A stretch of DNA of 63,234 bases, the filler included, from Octopus bimaculoides (taxonomy: Eukaryota): the NCBI RefSeq assembly GCF_001194135.2. It is 4 parts of 3 records of this genome, joined end to end, with 100 filler letters (N's around TTAATTAATTAA, not from the genome) between each part and the next. Parts side by side here need not be neighbours in the genome. Positions count along the whole stretch, not along the records: positions 12,425 to 39,258 come from NC_068987.1; positions 39,359 to 56,186 come from NC_068982.1; 2 more parts are not named here. One strand, written 5' to 3'. Below are positions 34,840 through 48,028 of this stretch, piece by piece (the first letter of the stretch is position 1; the number at the start of each line of letters is the position of its first letter). Under the pieces are notes generated by a model, which saw only the letters and a list, made by a program, of their open reading frames with translations, was not told the DNA's origin and made no database searches. The position numbers and the translations under genes were made by a program.

Positions 34840-36500
34840 TTCCTGTTGCTGCAAGAATGTCTCCTTGCTTTACTCCACCTTCAGTGGGGAAAGGTTCAAA
34901 CACTGTAGCCTTTATGCCATCATGCAAAATTGTATCAGGTCTGTAAACTTGTTAGGATGACCAACCTTCTTTAGCACATTCCACAGCATTGATTTGTTGT
35001 CTGAGTTAAATACTTTGGTGAGAACAACAAAGAATTTTATACAAGTCAAGATCCTGCTGAATACACTTTTCTGGAATTTATCATGCAGAAAGTAACATGT
35101 CCCTAGTTCCTCTTTGTGCCATTTGCTATAGTGGAGACCAATTTGTTTAGCAAAACTCTAGTGAAAACTTTACCCCCTATAGAGAGCAGCAGCATGTCAT
35201 GATTCTTCACTTTTCTTAAACAGTGATACCAAGATTGCAGCTCTCCATGCTTGAAATGTTGATGAGTTCCATGCATGAGAGATAACCTCAGACAGCATAC
35301 TTTTCAGTTTATCTCCCAAACTATTTAGTATCTCTGCAGGTATTCCATCAATGTCTGGTGATTTCCTATCATTGGCTTTGTCGACTTCTTCTTGATTTGG
35401 CGCTTCATCTAAATGCTTCTTTAATAACAGCTGCTCAATATCACCAAGCAGTTTTATCAATCTCTGTTATCCTGTTCAATAGCTCACTTTAGTGTTCCCT
35501 CTGTCTAGATTGTATTCCATGTTGTTGCTTCAAGATCTTTTTCCCATCCTTAGCCTTAACAGGAGCAAAAGATGACACTTATGAACCGTAGACTTCTTTC
35601 AGCAGCTGCTACTTTGCTTAGAATCTTGAGTAACTGGTGTTTTTTGAAGAGCTTGAGCCTTTTCTTTCCACCGGGCATTCTGGATATGATGCAAATGCCT
35701 TTGGACTTCACCTTTCATCTTCCTAAATACTTCCACTGCTTTTATCATTTAAAGATATATTTGGAAGAAGTGTTCTTTCATGTATTCTTCATTTTACCTC
35801 CAGCAGGCTGAAAATCTCCTTAACATTCTCATAGAACCAGTCTTGGTGTTTCCATTTTTTAATGCCCAATGTTTCCTTAGATTTGTTGTGTATCTTTTCC
35901 TTGAAGTCCTTACAAATATTCACCTGGTCTAAATGTTCGAGACTGTCAATGGCTGATATCAACAAATTTTAAATGTCTATTGACTGGAGTTTGCCCACAC
36001 CGTGATTTTGCATATAATTGCTTTGTGCTGAAACTTACAGCATATCTTAAGCCTGTTTCTAAGCTTAACTAATTGATGCTCAGACCAGCACTCAACACTT
36101 CTTATGACCTTCATGTTTCCATATCCTGTAGATCATGTTTTCTAATGATAATATAGTCGATCATAAGCCAGTGCTTTGAACATGGGTGCATCTGTGTCAC
36201 TTTGTACTTGCTTTTACAATGAAAGAAAAGTGTTGCCCATAGCCACATTATATTCACTGCATAACTGCAGAAGATCCAGTCCATTGCTGTTGGTTTTATA
36301 AAGACCATGTTATCCAAGACAATTCCAAATATCTCGCTCAGTTCCTATTCTAGCATTAAAGTCACCCATTAAAAGTATCTTGTCTTCCTTGTGAGTACCA
36401 GAGAACAAATTTTCTCAGATCAGCATCGAACAGTAATATATGATCCTTTGAAAATGTCATTGTGGAGGCATACATTCATAGAAACATACATAGAAACAGC
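34840..36500 (-). mobile_element. RTE-BovB-like LINE remnant: APE endonuclease plus RT domains 0-4
   Basis: YASTM, KEDKILLMGDFNARIG, NSNGLDLLQLCSEY, MHPCSKHWLMIDYIIIRKHD (APE); KSPDIDGIPAEI, LLSIGGKVF, LHDGIKA, GVKQGDILA (RT). Many disruptions. Confidence 0.9.
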
Positions 36501-36604
36501 TCCATTTCTTGAACTACAATGGGAATATAGTTCCATTTATGGATGGATAGATGGATGAGTGGATAGTGGAGGGAGGAAGGGTGGCATGGCTGGATGGGAT
36601 GCTA

Positions 36605-36637
36605 TAAAGATAGATATGATTTATTCATAGATAGACA

Positions 36638-36705
<68 letters not shown>

Positions 36706-36789
36706 CAAGTTGAGAGAGAAAAAAAGAAAAAATAGATAGACAGATAGACAGACAGACAGATAGATAGATAGATAAAGAGACAGACAGAC

Positions 36790-36835
<46 letters not shown>

Positions 36836-36870
36836 GTAGATAGATAGATAGACAGACAGACAGATATGAG
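36605..36870. repeat. (GA)n / (GATA)n / (GACA)n compound microsatellite
   Basis: Direct reading. Confidence 0.95.
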
Positions 36871-37735
36871 ACTGGATGGATAGATAACTAGAGAAGTACA
36901 CAGATAATTGGAAAGTTAGGCAAGTAGTTTTCTAGGTAAGCTGATAAGTAATATGCGGATGAGTTGATAAGTAGGAATAGAGGAATAGGACAGGTCGATA
37001 GGTAGGTAGGCAGGTAGATAATGGGTTAAAAGTGTACTAAATGTACCTGTCTTAATTCCAAATCTATCAGAAAAAAAATCAAGTAAAAGTTTCTTTTAAA
37101 ATGTGACTATGAGTATTTTCATGTACTTTCATGTATGTATGTATGTGTGTATGTGTGTGCATGTGCGAGAGAGAGAGATTGAGATTGTCACGTAAGAGAC
37201 AAGAGCACTCAATGCAAGATTAGTAGAGTTTAATGTAGGATAATACAATCTAAAGAAGTACTTGTCCAACAATGGATGTGGATGGTTTGTATGCCGGATG
37301 TGTATATTACATCGTTATGACGTAATTACACGAGATGATTTGTTGCATTTCACTTGATTATATCATACTAAACATATATATAACATACACACACACATAC
37401 TTACACACACACACACCTATATATATATNNNNNNNNNNNNNNNNNNNNNNNNNNNNNNNNNNNNNNNNNNNNNNNNNNNNNNNNNNNNNNNNNNNNNNNN
37501 NNNNNNNNNNNNNNNNNNNNNNNNNNNNNNNNNNNNNNNNNNNNNNNNNNNNNNNNNNNNNNNNNNNNNNNNNNNNNNNNNNNNNNNNNNNNNNNNNNNN
37601 NNNNNNNNNNNNNNNNNNNNNNNNNNNNNNNNNNNNNNNNNNNNNNNNNNNNNNNNNNNNNNNNNNNNNNNNNNNNNNNNNNNNNNNNNNNNNNNNNNNN
37701 NNNNNNNNNNNNNNNNNNNNNNNNNNNNNNNNNNN

Positions 37736-38010
37736 CCTTGTGAGTGGATTTGGTAGACAGAAAGTGAAAGAAGCCTGTCATATATGTGTGTGTGTGTGTG
37801 TTTGTGTGTCTGTGGTTGTCCCCTCCACCATTGCTTGACAACCAATGGTGGCGTGTCTATGTCTCCATAACTTAGCAGTTTGGCAAAAGTGGCCAATAGA
37901 ATAAGTACTAGGCTTACAAAGAATAAGTCCTGGGGTTGATTTGTTCGACTAAAGGCGATGCTCCAGCATGGTTACAGTCAAATGACTGAAACAAGTAATA
38001 GAATAAAAGA
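37736..38010 (+). mobile_element. SINE family A (5' part in gap)
   Basis: CCTTGTGAGTGGATTTGGTAGACAG body through the AATAAAAGA tail. Confidence 0.9.
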
Positions 38011-38021
38011 ATATATATATA

Positions 38022-38421
38022 TCTTTTACTCTTTTACTTGTTTCAGTCATTTGACTGCGGCCATGCTGGAGTACCACATTTAGTCGAGGAAATCGACCCC
38101 AGGACTTAATCTTTGTAAACCTGCTACTTATTCTATCGGTCTCTTTTTGCTGAACCGCTAATTTATGAGAATGTAAGCACACCAGAATCAGTTGTCAAGC
38201 GATGGTGGGGTGAGGGGGACAAACACAGATACACAAACATATACACACATATATACATATATATGACGGGCTTCTTTCCATTTCTGTCTGCCAAATCCAC
38301 TCACAAGGCTTTGGTTGGCCCATGGCTATAGTAAAAGACACTTTCCCAAGATGCCATGCAGTGGAACTGAACCCGGAACCATGTGGTTCGTAAGCAAGCT
38401 ACTTACAACATAGCCACTCCT
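38022..38421 (-). mobile_element. SINE family A, full length, tail-to-tail with the previous copy
   Basis: Begins TCTTTTACTCTTTTACTTGTTTCAGTC, 11 nt after the plus-strand copy ends. Confidence 0.9.
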
Positions 38422-38964
38422 GTGTATCTATATATACACATATACATACATTATATATATTTAAACACTCTCCTAACACATGCACACATGCAGAGATATC
38501 TTGCAGATCGCCATTACCACTCCTACATATCTGGGTAATGCTGTAAAAGACAAGAGCATTATTAACCAAAGAAACTAATCCATATAGAACCATCTCTGAT
38601 GAAAGAAGAAGAAGAAACAGCTGATAATGACGACGATGATGATGTGAAGGAGAAAGAAAGGGAGAAAGAGATAGCGAAATCTATTCCAGTAGAAAATAAT
38701 GGATATGCCATACCATTTTCCATCACTTCAGAACCGTCTTCCATCCACCGTATGGAACCACTCACTCACTCACTCACTCATTCACCTTCTGTCAGTCAGT
38801 GTGTCTGTCTGTCTCACTCTTTTTCTTTCTCTCTTTAACACACATACATATTATACAGAAACACTCAAGCAAATGCTCACACACACACACACACACACTA
38901 ATGTTCTTTTTACTTCAGATAGTACATTCCATTGCTAACAAAGAACAATCTGATGCTACTTCTT

Positions 38965-38977
38965 TATTGTATTATTA

Positions 38978-39030
<53 letters not shown>

Positions 39031-39062
39031 ATTATTATTATTATTATCATCAATAACATTGT

Positions 39063-39118
<56 letters not shown>

Positions 39119-39258
39119 ACTACTACTACCACTACTACTGAAATATTATCATTGCTATCATAATCATCACCATTATCATTATCACCATCATTCTTATCGT
39201 CATGACCATCATCATCATCATCCTTAGTATATTAATGTGGATTATTATTATTATCATC
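38965..39258. repeat. (ATT)n / (ACT)n / (CAT)n microsatellites
   Basis: Direct reading. Confidence 0.95.
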
Positions 39259-39302
39259 NNNNNNNNNNNNNNNNNNNNNNNNNNNNNNNNNNNNNNNNNN
39301 NN

Positions 39303-39314
39303 TTAATTAATTAA
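39303..39314. other. Assembly linker TTAATTAATTAA
   Basis: Same fixed 100-bp N-linker structure. Confidence 0.9.
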
Positions 39315-39358
39315 NNNNNNNNNNNNNNNNNNNNNNNNNNNNNNNNNNNNNNNNNNNN

Positions 39359-39770
39359 GCACGAACCCAAACTGCATCTCATCTAAATTGATTCGCTCCC
39401 TAATTAGTTGGGCTATGACCCTCTCTGTAACTTTCATAACCTGATCTAACAGCTTGATGCCTCTGTAATTATTTGTATCTAAAGCATCACCTTTACCTTT
39501 GTAGCAGTTGACTATGATGCTGCTACACCAGTCATTGGGTATGACTCCTTCGTGTATCACCTGGTTCGTAATACGGGTGACTAGGCTATAGTCAACACTG
39601 CCAGATATTTTGAGCATCTCTGCAGTGATTCCTGATGGGCCGGGGGCTTTCCTGGTCTTCATACTCTTAATTGCTTTATCTACCCTGGTACTATCAACTC
39701 AGATAGCTGGTCCCTCTATTGGGTCAACATACGGCAGGCTCTCTTCCTCCCATTCATTCTCTTTATTGAA
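39359..39770 (-). mobile_element. RTE-clade LINE RT fragment (domains 0-2), runs into gap
   Basis: MKTRKAPGPSGITAEMLK...DWCSSIIVNCYKGKGDALDTNNYRGIKLLDQVMKVTERVIAQLIRERINLDEMQFGFV. Confidence 0.93.
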
Positions 39771-39833
39771 TCCAGGTAAAGAAACATCACAAGGAAAGAA
39801 AAAAAAATCTACAAGAAAATGATATCTTTAATA

Positions 39834-40259
39834 AACCTTTCAGTATTTAACCCTTTAGCATTCAGATTAATCCATCAACTGTAATGCTTATTTAGCCACA
39901 TTATTTTGAATTAATCATGCATTATCTCATAGCTTTGAGATTTTGATAATGTGATTGTTTATGTTTAACGTGACATTGTAGGGTAGGTGTGAGAGGCCAG
40001 ATTGGACCAGTTTGAACAGAAAAACAGATCAAACTTTTGGGCCAGATATGGCCTGTTTGAATACTAAAGGGTTAAACTGGCCACAACTGGCCCAAATATT
40101 CTACCCGTTTTATGTTCAAACCAGAACATTGTAGGGCATGTGGACTCTCACACCAACCCTACAATGTCATTCTAAACATAAACAGTCACATCAAAATCTT
40201 GAAACAGCATGAATGAATAAGTATCACAATTGACAGAGTAATCTTAGTGCTAAATGGTC
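39834..40259. mobile_element. Older piggyBac-like MITE, host of a nested insertion
   Basis: 40076-40259 is an inverted copy of the nested MITE body; its terminal remnant AACCTTTCAGTAT lies left of the insertion at 39834-39846. Confidence 0.7.
39851..40071. mobile_element. piggyBac-like MITE (221 bp) with TTAA TSD
   Basis: TTAA|CCCTTTAGCATTCA ... TGAATACTAAAGGG|TTAA. Confidence 0.9.
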
Positions 40260-43167
40260 TATTTCTTTCCTTTATGATATTAAATAAAACATGATTTTTT
40301 TCACACATGTTATACCATTATATAGTATTGTCAATGTATTCAAGTCTTGCATTGCCACTTAATAAGCAATTTAAAATATTATTTGTATCATAACTTCGAC
40401 AATTATTCATGCAATTGAAATGAAATATGAAAATTTTTTTCTGGTAACTTTTGTATCTAACCAAAATTGTAATGTTTTCTTGTGACCTTATTTCTGTCAG
40501 ACATTTTATTAACCTTAAAAGGTAAATTAGAAAAAAAATGATTGCTTTTTAAAATTTACTCCATAGTAAAATGAATTCAAAGATCAAATTTAAATAAATA
40601 TTTTTCAAAATAATGTAATTACTAAATTTTTGAATGAAACAGCAATAAACTTGTTTCATAAAAGAAATCAAAGAAACAAAAATAGGACAACAACAATAAC
40701 TTAAGTGTAGTATCTATGGGAACAACTGCAATGCTGTTGAAACAAGTGAAACTTGACCTTAAAAGCATTCTAAATAACATCTTAACTAGTATTTGCCAGT
40801 ACTATACAAAGCATTCTGCATATTGTTATGTTCTGTCGTGACATGTGTGTTTATTGTAGTCACTTGTACATTATGGAAAGTGTATAGGTAACTGCCTGAA
40901 TTATGTAAATAAAAACTGTTGGGAACAGTGATGGGTATAATTTTTTTCTTTTGATTTTGAGGTTTGATAGCTTTTCACAAACTTAAATTGTAAAATCTGA
41001 ATTGAGATAAATTCTTTCTGAATCCTTGAAGATCGATGTTTCTGGATATATTGTTACATTTGATAAGTAATAAGTGTAACAAGGAAATTTTGGTTGAAGT
41101 AGTTACAATCAGCATGTTTAGAGGAACAACAATCACTGTAGCAGAATCCAAATTCCATAAAGAGCACTGTAAGTGGGTTGAAAGTGCTGATGAGTGAAAA
41201 TTTGCCTAACACAGAAGTGAAATGATTGAGTGGGTAAGTGGCTACCAATCCATTTACTTAGCAATTAAGAATAAATACCAGATCATCTGGGAAGGTTACT
41301 TGTGACAGACAAGTATGCTATCAATGAACAGATTTATCTCATCTGCTTAATACCATGAAACTAGAAGTAATCACTTCAAAATTTTAGGAGACATTTACAT
41401 TTGAAAATCAGATGGTAGGTGACTTTTATCTGCAGTCCAGAAAGTCTGTGTCAAATGTACGTTTATCATTTAGATGTAGGGAATACTGTCCTATATAGTG
41501 TTTTTAGTTGATACAAACAATATCTTCTAGCAGTAGTGTGTGATTATATTTCGATATTTTATTTTCCCAGCTTTTAAATAATTATTTTCAATACAAAAAA
41601 CAGGATTTGTGAAAGCCACAGCTACACATACAGTTTTGTTTTTCATAGTTCAATGTCTCACTGGTAATTTAATGCTGTACTGAAACTGCTTACAAAAGAT
41701 TGGTTCCCAAATCATCGAATTTCTATGATCATAAACTTTGTAACTCTTGATTCCTTAAAATAACTATTATAAAACACTTTATTTGTGGAAATTTATAGTT
41801 TGTTCTTGGGATATGTTCATGAATGGATTCTTTTGAATGTTTACATAAAATATTGAATATATTTTACTATAAAAGAAATGCTTACAAAATGAAACAAACT
41901 TCATAACAGTACTTCAGTGTCTAGAACCCAAGTTCATCTATTATTAAATATCAGTTTTTTTTTTTACACAAAGTCCTATATTTTAAGAGAAAGGAAACCG
42001 TATATTGTGATGTTCATGCCTTTCCCAAGACCATCAACAGTCTCAGGGAAATTAAATGAATTAAAAAAAAGCTAAATCACAAACACAATATATCTAACTT
42101 CTTGTTAGGTTACTACAGCATTCATCACATCCATCTTATTGCTGTAAATAAGTGATCTATTTATTATTTTGGTCCTGTCTGAATGTTTCATTTCTGCATA
42201 ACATTTTGCTTTTAAAGTTGGTTATGTAACACTAGCATGCACTTCTTTATTAAGCACAAATATAAAAGAACAAATATCAGTCTGCACATGATTTATTAAT
42301 TACTGCAATCAAAATCAAGCTACTGCTTGGTGGGTGAATTAATCTCATTATCATGCACTGGTTATCTTTAAAATATTGCAATTTTGTTTTCCTTTGTCTT
42401 ACAATTCAGTCTCTTTGGTTACTCATGATTTTTTATTACTTTCTACACTATCTGTCTAGTTAATGGAATTTTTGTGCCGGGTTTGCTAAAAGTTCAATAA
42501 TTTCTTGGGCCAAGGTTGCTGATTAGCCCTAGGCCAATGATAATCAAATAATCCAATGATTAAAGGCATTAAAGTTGTAAGCATCCAGTTGTTTTTTGGA
42601 ATATGTAGGATTATATAATCTAATGTGGCCTTCCTTTTTTTAAGATGAGCATGCTTTGAGGGAGATCTGTCTACCATTTCCAGCAAGTTGAGCAACTATA
42701 AAGAGGCTCCCTTGTTACAATTTAATTGCCTTTCATTCACAAGTTTAATTTTATAGATTAGGACCCAGGTAGAAATATACACTTTAAAAAATTATGCATC
42801 ACTGCTCTGGTGTGATATTAATGTCTCTAGATTATCTGAAGACTTTAAATCAAATTGAATAGTCAACATGAACTGTACACCTCACACATAAAGTGGACTC
42901 TAAAAAGAACTTTTTAAATAATCTTTGTTTTTCTTTGTCAGTTGTCTATTGGTATAGTTTTGTTTGTGCTGGCTTGCAATAACGGCAAAACCCCACCAAA
43001 AAACCCAGTTTTCTAAGTTTTATAGACTTTTGTGGGGAGATTATGTGATATGTAATTCAAAATCAATCCAGAACTGGCAAAATTTAAGATGAAGTTGTTT
43101 CTAAATGTAGTTTTCCAAAACTGTTGTTGAAAGTATCCATTAAAAAAGATAATATTGCTGGAGCAAC

Positions 43168-43315
43168 CCAATCATCATCATTTAATGTCTGTTGTCCATG
43201 CTGGTATGGGTTGGACAGTTTGACCAGAGCTGGTAAGCTGCACAGACCCCAGTCTGATTTGGCATGGTTTCTACAGCTGGATGCTCTTCCTAACACCAAC
43301 CATTTTACAGTTTCC
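43168..43315 (-). mobile_element. SINE family C
   Basis: (CAT)n-TTAATGTCTG..TCCATGCTGGTATGGGTTGG...TTTCTACAGCTGGATGCTCTTCCTAAC. Confidence 0.8.
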
Positions 43316-44291
43316 AATCATTTTGTATCTATTTGCTTTCTGTGTTACCATGGTTTGGTTGGGTCTAAGTGTGTACTATTTATTACAGTCATCATCTAGC
43401 ACACACACCGAAGAAAACTAGCCAATTTGTGACTGTGTATGTCTTGTTATTTATGTAAGGAAACCCTTCTAATCATATCAAATTTATTAAGCTGAAACCT
43501 CATAGTTGTATTTTAAATATCTCAAATATAAAGGTTTCTTATTTGAAATTGTCAATATTTTCCATTTTGTAAGGCAAACTACTATTTTAGATAATGCTTT
43601 AAATAAGATAGGATTAGGTGTACAAGGAATGAATTAATGAAAATATATTGTGTTTGGATTTATAACTCATAGATTACATGTTCAACTCTTCAGAAATTCA
43701 GTTGATTTCTTCTAATGGAAGGTACGCTACCACTACAAATCACTTATACTTCATGATTTATTACTTGGAGGAGGAAATAATATTCAGTGGGGAAAAATAA
43801 CAGAAAAATGAAAAAGGAAATATTGGCTACTTTATGCTCACTTATAAGTGTTCAGTGTTATAAGCGTGGTCAACACATGCAAACAGACAAGAATAGAGCG
43901 AGGAAGGTTTGTATTCAAAATGAAAGATTTATTTCTAATATATAAATCAAGACACTAAAACTAAAAATGGTGTTTAGTGTGAAGCTATGACAACGAAAGT
44001 TTGTTTTGACCATACTAACATGTTTCTGCATAACAAACACTTCTCCAGTTGTCTGTCTTGTGTCACACTTATTTAACTATTTCAAATATAAACTTTTGTT
44101 GATGAGTTATCTCTTTTGCATTTGATAAGTGCTGACACTACAATGCAATGGCTACAATATATATAACAAAAAATGTCAGCAACTTAACCTCCTCCAAACC
44201 ATAGCTGTTGACAGCACAATGCAATGGCTATAACCACTAAATATTATTATTTTAATAGTGCTGCCTATGACATTAAATAAACGAAAATGAC

Positions 44292-44620
44292 AAGTGTAGC
44301 TGTATGGCCAAGGAGCCTGCTTTGTAACCACATGGTTTTGAATTCAATCCCACAGCACAATACCTTAGGCAAGCATCTTCTATAGCCCTGGGCCAACCAA
44401 TGCTCTGTGAGTGAATTTAATAGACAGAATCTGTGCAAAAGCCTGTCATATGTGTGTGCATTTGTCTCCATCCCACTGCTTGACCAGAGTTGGTTTGTTC
44501 ACATCTTGTAAACAAAAGATAAGAAACTGACAGAATAAATACTGGGGTCAATTTGTTCACAACTATAAAGTGGTGCTCAAGCATGGCCACAGTTCAATGA
44601 CAGAAACAAGTAAAAAGTAA
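44292..44620 (+). mobile_element. SINE family A, old diverged copy
   Basis: Head AACCACATGGTTTTGAATTCAATCCC and tail GGTGCTCAAGCATGGCCACAG...GAAACAAGTAAAA. Confidence 0.75.
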
Positions 44621-44864
44621 ATTTAAACCTAGATTTATTCAATTTATCAGCAGACAATAATTTAGACACTGGCAACAGAATGGGTTAGAAAATGCCAAAA
44701 GCATATGAAATTATCTGAGATGTCTTTGTTGCTATTGAAACAAGAAATGAAGTTTCCTTTTCACATTCATTCCCTCACATTTCGGAAGCTTTGCAATCAT
44801 GAAAATCTTGTCAATGTAGGGTTCCATAACTTGAATTATATGTGAGGGAACTCTGTATTTTCAG

Positions 44865-44965
44865 GAGCAAAACACCTCTGTTACGTGGTGGATTCCTGTG
44901 TCATAGTGACTAGAGTAAAGTTTCTTGATGAAAGATACAACCAATGCCAGCAACAAGACAGACGA
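44865..44965 (+). CDS. Candidate isolated exon (xAKHLCYVVDSCVIVTRVKFLDERYNQCQQQDRR), product unknown
   Basis: Acceptor ctctgtattttcAG|G and donor CGA|GTAAGC with one fully open frame; no homology recognised. Confidence 0.3.
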
Positions 44966-46159
44966 GTAAGCACTATACCCAACAGAATTGCTAAAATATC
45001 TTTTAATCTTATTTTATTTTGTTTTCAATTAAAGAACAAAACACTATATAAAATAATGAAAAAATAAAGTGCAGAAGACATGAATCATCATAATTTTATG
45101 CCTCTTTCCCATACTCACGTGGATTAGGCATGTTTGCAATATTTGTAATTTTCTATATATTTCAACTCCCAATGCTTTCAACCCTACAAACTGGTTCATA
45201 CGATGCATATTTATATTTATTTCAGTGTTTTGTCAATTTGCCATTTTCAATAGGTCTAAAATGGATTTTCATTTTCTATAACTCACTTATGTTTTAGTAC
45301 ACTAACTCTTGATCTTTTCAAAATGTATTGAATATGGCAAACTAACAAGATGATGAAATAGTTTTACAGTAAGCAATCTTCCACATGATCATAGAGTTTG
45401 AGGTAATTTGCAAGCTTTTTAATGGAGTAAATCTGAGAATGTCAGACAGGGAGTACATCTTATGTACACCTTCAATACTTGGTACAGGATTACTTAATTG
45501 ATTTGTAAATGACCTGTGTCTGGAATCTGTTCCCATATTCTCAACCTAGAGTCAAACAGTGTAGATAGATAATCTAAGCAAGGCACAATAGATTGTAAAA
45601 CTATAGTACCTAATATTTGTTTACACAGCCATGAGACAAATCTTATTTATAAATGCCAACTTTTTGTAATGTGCTCTTTCTGTTTATTAGAAGGGTGTTT
45701 CAGATGTAATCTTCCAACGTTTATCAAGTCTATTCAGGAATTGATTGGTTAACTTTAGATCATTTAAATTTCCTATTAATTGATCCCAATTTCTACAAAG
45801 CCTATTTAAGATTTGCTGTCTTGTTAGCTTTTTGCATTGCTTCTTAATATGTAGGAATTAATGATGAGTGGTGAATTTCAAAATATAGTTATCTTTGAAG
45901 TTCACTTTTTTCTGTTATCTTATTAGCATACATCATCTCTCTCTTCATAGTATGTAATCGCTATACTAATAATAAACTGATAAAAATGTTTAAGTAGAAA
46001 CAAAATAGCATACAAAATGGTAGAATATATGAAGTCATTTATTATGAAAGTCACAATTGGACAGTATCACATGGTCTGGAGTGATAAACAGAGAAAGATC
46101 TGTTTTACTAAATAGTTCAACTGAAGACAACACTAATATTGTGAAGGTGAGAGAAGAAA

Positions 46160-46345
46160 TGCTAGTTCTAAAATCTCTCTGAGAAATCAACACAGTAGGT
46201 GTACAAAAAAGTAATGCTCGTAGTCACTGCAACATGGCTGTCCATTCGAATGAACTTTACTGTGATTTTTTAACCCCAAGACTAGCTGGTTAATGATGCA
46301 CAGTTGCATCTGAGATATTATGAGCAGGGGAGTGAACCCCTACCA
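46160..46345. repeat. ~190-bp direct repeat, copy 1
   Basis: TGCTAGTTCTAAAATCTCTCT...GAACCCCTACCA, clearly alignable to 48118-48311 (about 80% by eye). Confidence 0.9.
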
Positions 46346-46431
46346 TCTTCCAGCAATGGGACCAGCAGACCAGCCTTGTTTTGGGCTATTTCTGCTTCTC
46401 TTCAGTATTGGACACCTTGTTTGCTAGAGAT

Positions 46432-48028
46432 TTGTTTATCATAGGCATAAAACCTGAATTTAGAAAGGACACCACAAAGACAGAAAACACAGGACATGGG
46501 GTACATACAAACAATTAGCAAATGAATTATGAATTGTAGGAAGTTCCATTTTACTGTTTTTACATAAATAATTATTTTTCCAGTTTGTATCGTGTTCACA
46601 CCAAAAATTCTATTAACTCCTCAAACTCTATCACTGATGGTAGTTCGTTATATCTAAATTGTAATACTGTTATTTCTATCCTATCTCCAAATATTTCTCT
46701 CAATCTTCCTGCTCTCTCATCTCCCAGCAGCACTGCTTTCTCATTCTGTTTTGGCCAGCTTAATTTTTATAGCGCCTTTCATCTTGGAAATTCTTTTCTC
46801 TATTTCCATGCTTTTTTCGTATGCAACCATAACTCTTTTGTATCTCCTCTTCGGTGGCTTTCTCGGCCGTATCACCTCACTCTCTGCTTCTGTTGTTGGT
46901 ATTTCTATCTCTATTTGTTCCTCTTTCTCACTTTCTAGTCTCTTCTTCCGTCTTTCCTTCTCCTTACTAGTTGAAGGCTCTGGTCTTTGCATTTGATCTT
47001 CCGTTGATACCCCATTTTTTTTCTTCTTTCGTTCTTATTTTCCTCCACCTTCTTTTTCTTTTTTGGTGGAGATTCGCTGTTTTTCTCTTCCCTTCTACCA
47101 CTGTAAACTCCGTTTCCTCTTCTGCTGTTACAATCTCTTCTTCCTGACTCTCCTCCTCCTGTTTCTGTTTCTGAGGACACTTGGCTTTCATCTGACCCCT
47201 TACTCCACATGCAAAACATATTGGAGGTCTACCTTCCACTATAATTCTCAGTCTGGTTTCGTCTGGTAAAACAAGCTCTTCAACAATCTTATGGAAGTCT
47301 GGTAAGCTGATATGGACCATTATCTCTAGCCCATATCTCCACTAATTCACCTCCGCAGTTTTCGACATTCCACATCTTCCGTATTGTAGAGGATGGCTGC
47401 CACAAGCCATGCCTCGTCAATTTCAGGGGGCACTCTCCCTATCCTTATTCTGGCCGCACATTTGCCACAGTAAGTCGGTAACAGTGCTCGCTCCACTGAT
47501 TTCAAGGCTACAGTTGGGTATTTCTTAGCTTTGTTCTCATTGACAAAGCGTACCTCCACTGTGCTGAACTTCCGTCCTCTGGTGTAGAACGTGGTTATCT
47601 GCTTTATCTCTTTTAAGCATTCCTTGACCGCTTGTACGGCTGCTATCTCCACCTTCTTTGTTGCTATATTCAACGTTCTATATGTGATGGTTTTCCTTTC
47701 TGTATTCTCAGTCACTTCTTTCAGAGGTGTCAGCCTTAGACATTGTCCCTCTTCCTTCAATAATGTGTTATACTTCTTGAAGTCTCTGTCCTTGACTTCC
47801 AATTCACGTATTTGCAGTAGCTCTGCTGATGGGCTTTTGCCTGTCACCGCAGCATAACTGCCTGTTTGTACTTGTGTATTCATAATACCGTTATTCACAG
47901 CTTCACCCATAAATGGGGAAGACAAAATTTTCACAAACACAAATAATCATAATATTCAACAATTCAACATAATAAAACAATAACTCACATAGGAGCGAAA
48001 TTAAGCACAATAACACTGGTAAAGACGA
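46432..48028 (-). mobile_element. ORF1-only L1/Tx1-type element (decayed gag-like ORF1p, ~440 aa reconstructed)
   Basis: Frameshifted ORF from ~47940 to ~46597: SYAAV motif, RRM-like region (STVEVRF...ARIRIGRVPPEIDEAWL), IIVEGRPP followed by the CCHC knuckle CFACGVRG(Q)MKAKC at 47177-47218, then a K/E-rich tail. No APE/RT follows. Bounded by the 13-bp direct repeat GTTTGCTAGAGAT (46419-46431, 48029-48041). Confidence 0.8.

Noticed and set aside
38599-38838. ORF MKEEEETADNDDDD...
   Set aside because: Low-complexity, runs into (CACT)n and (CA)n, upstream frames are closed, no homology recognised.
41187-41200. CTGATGA-GT-GAAA (and CTGATGA at 51785)
   Set aside because: No stem II, stem III or cleavage triplet; chance heptamers.
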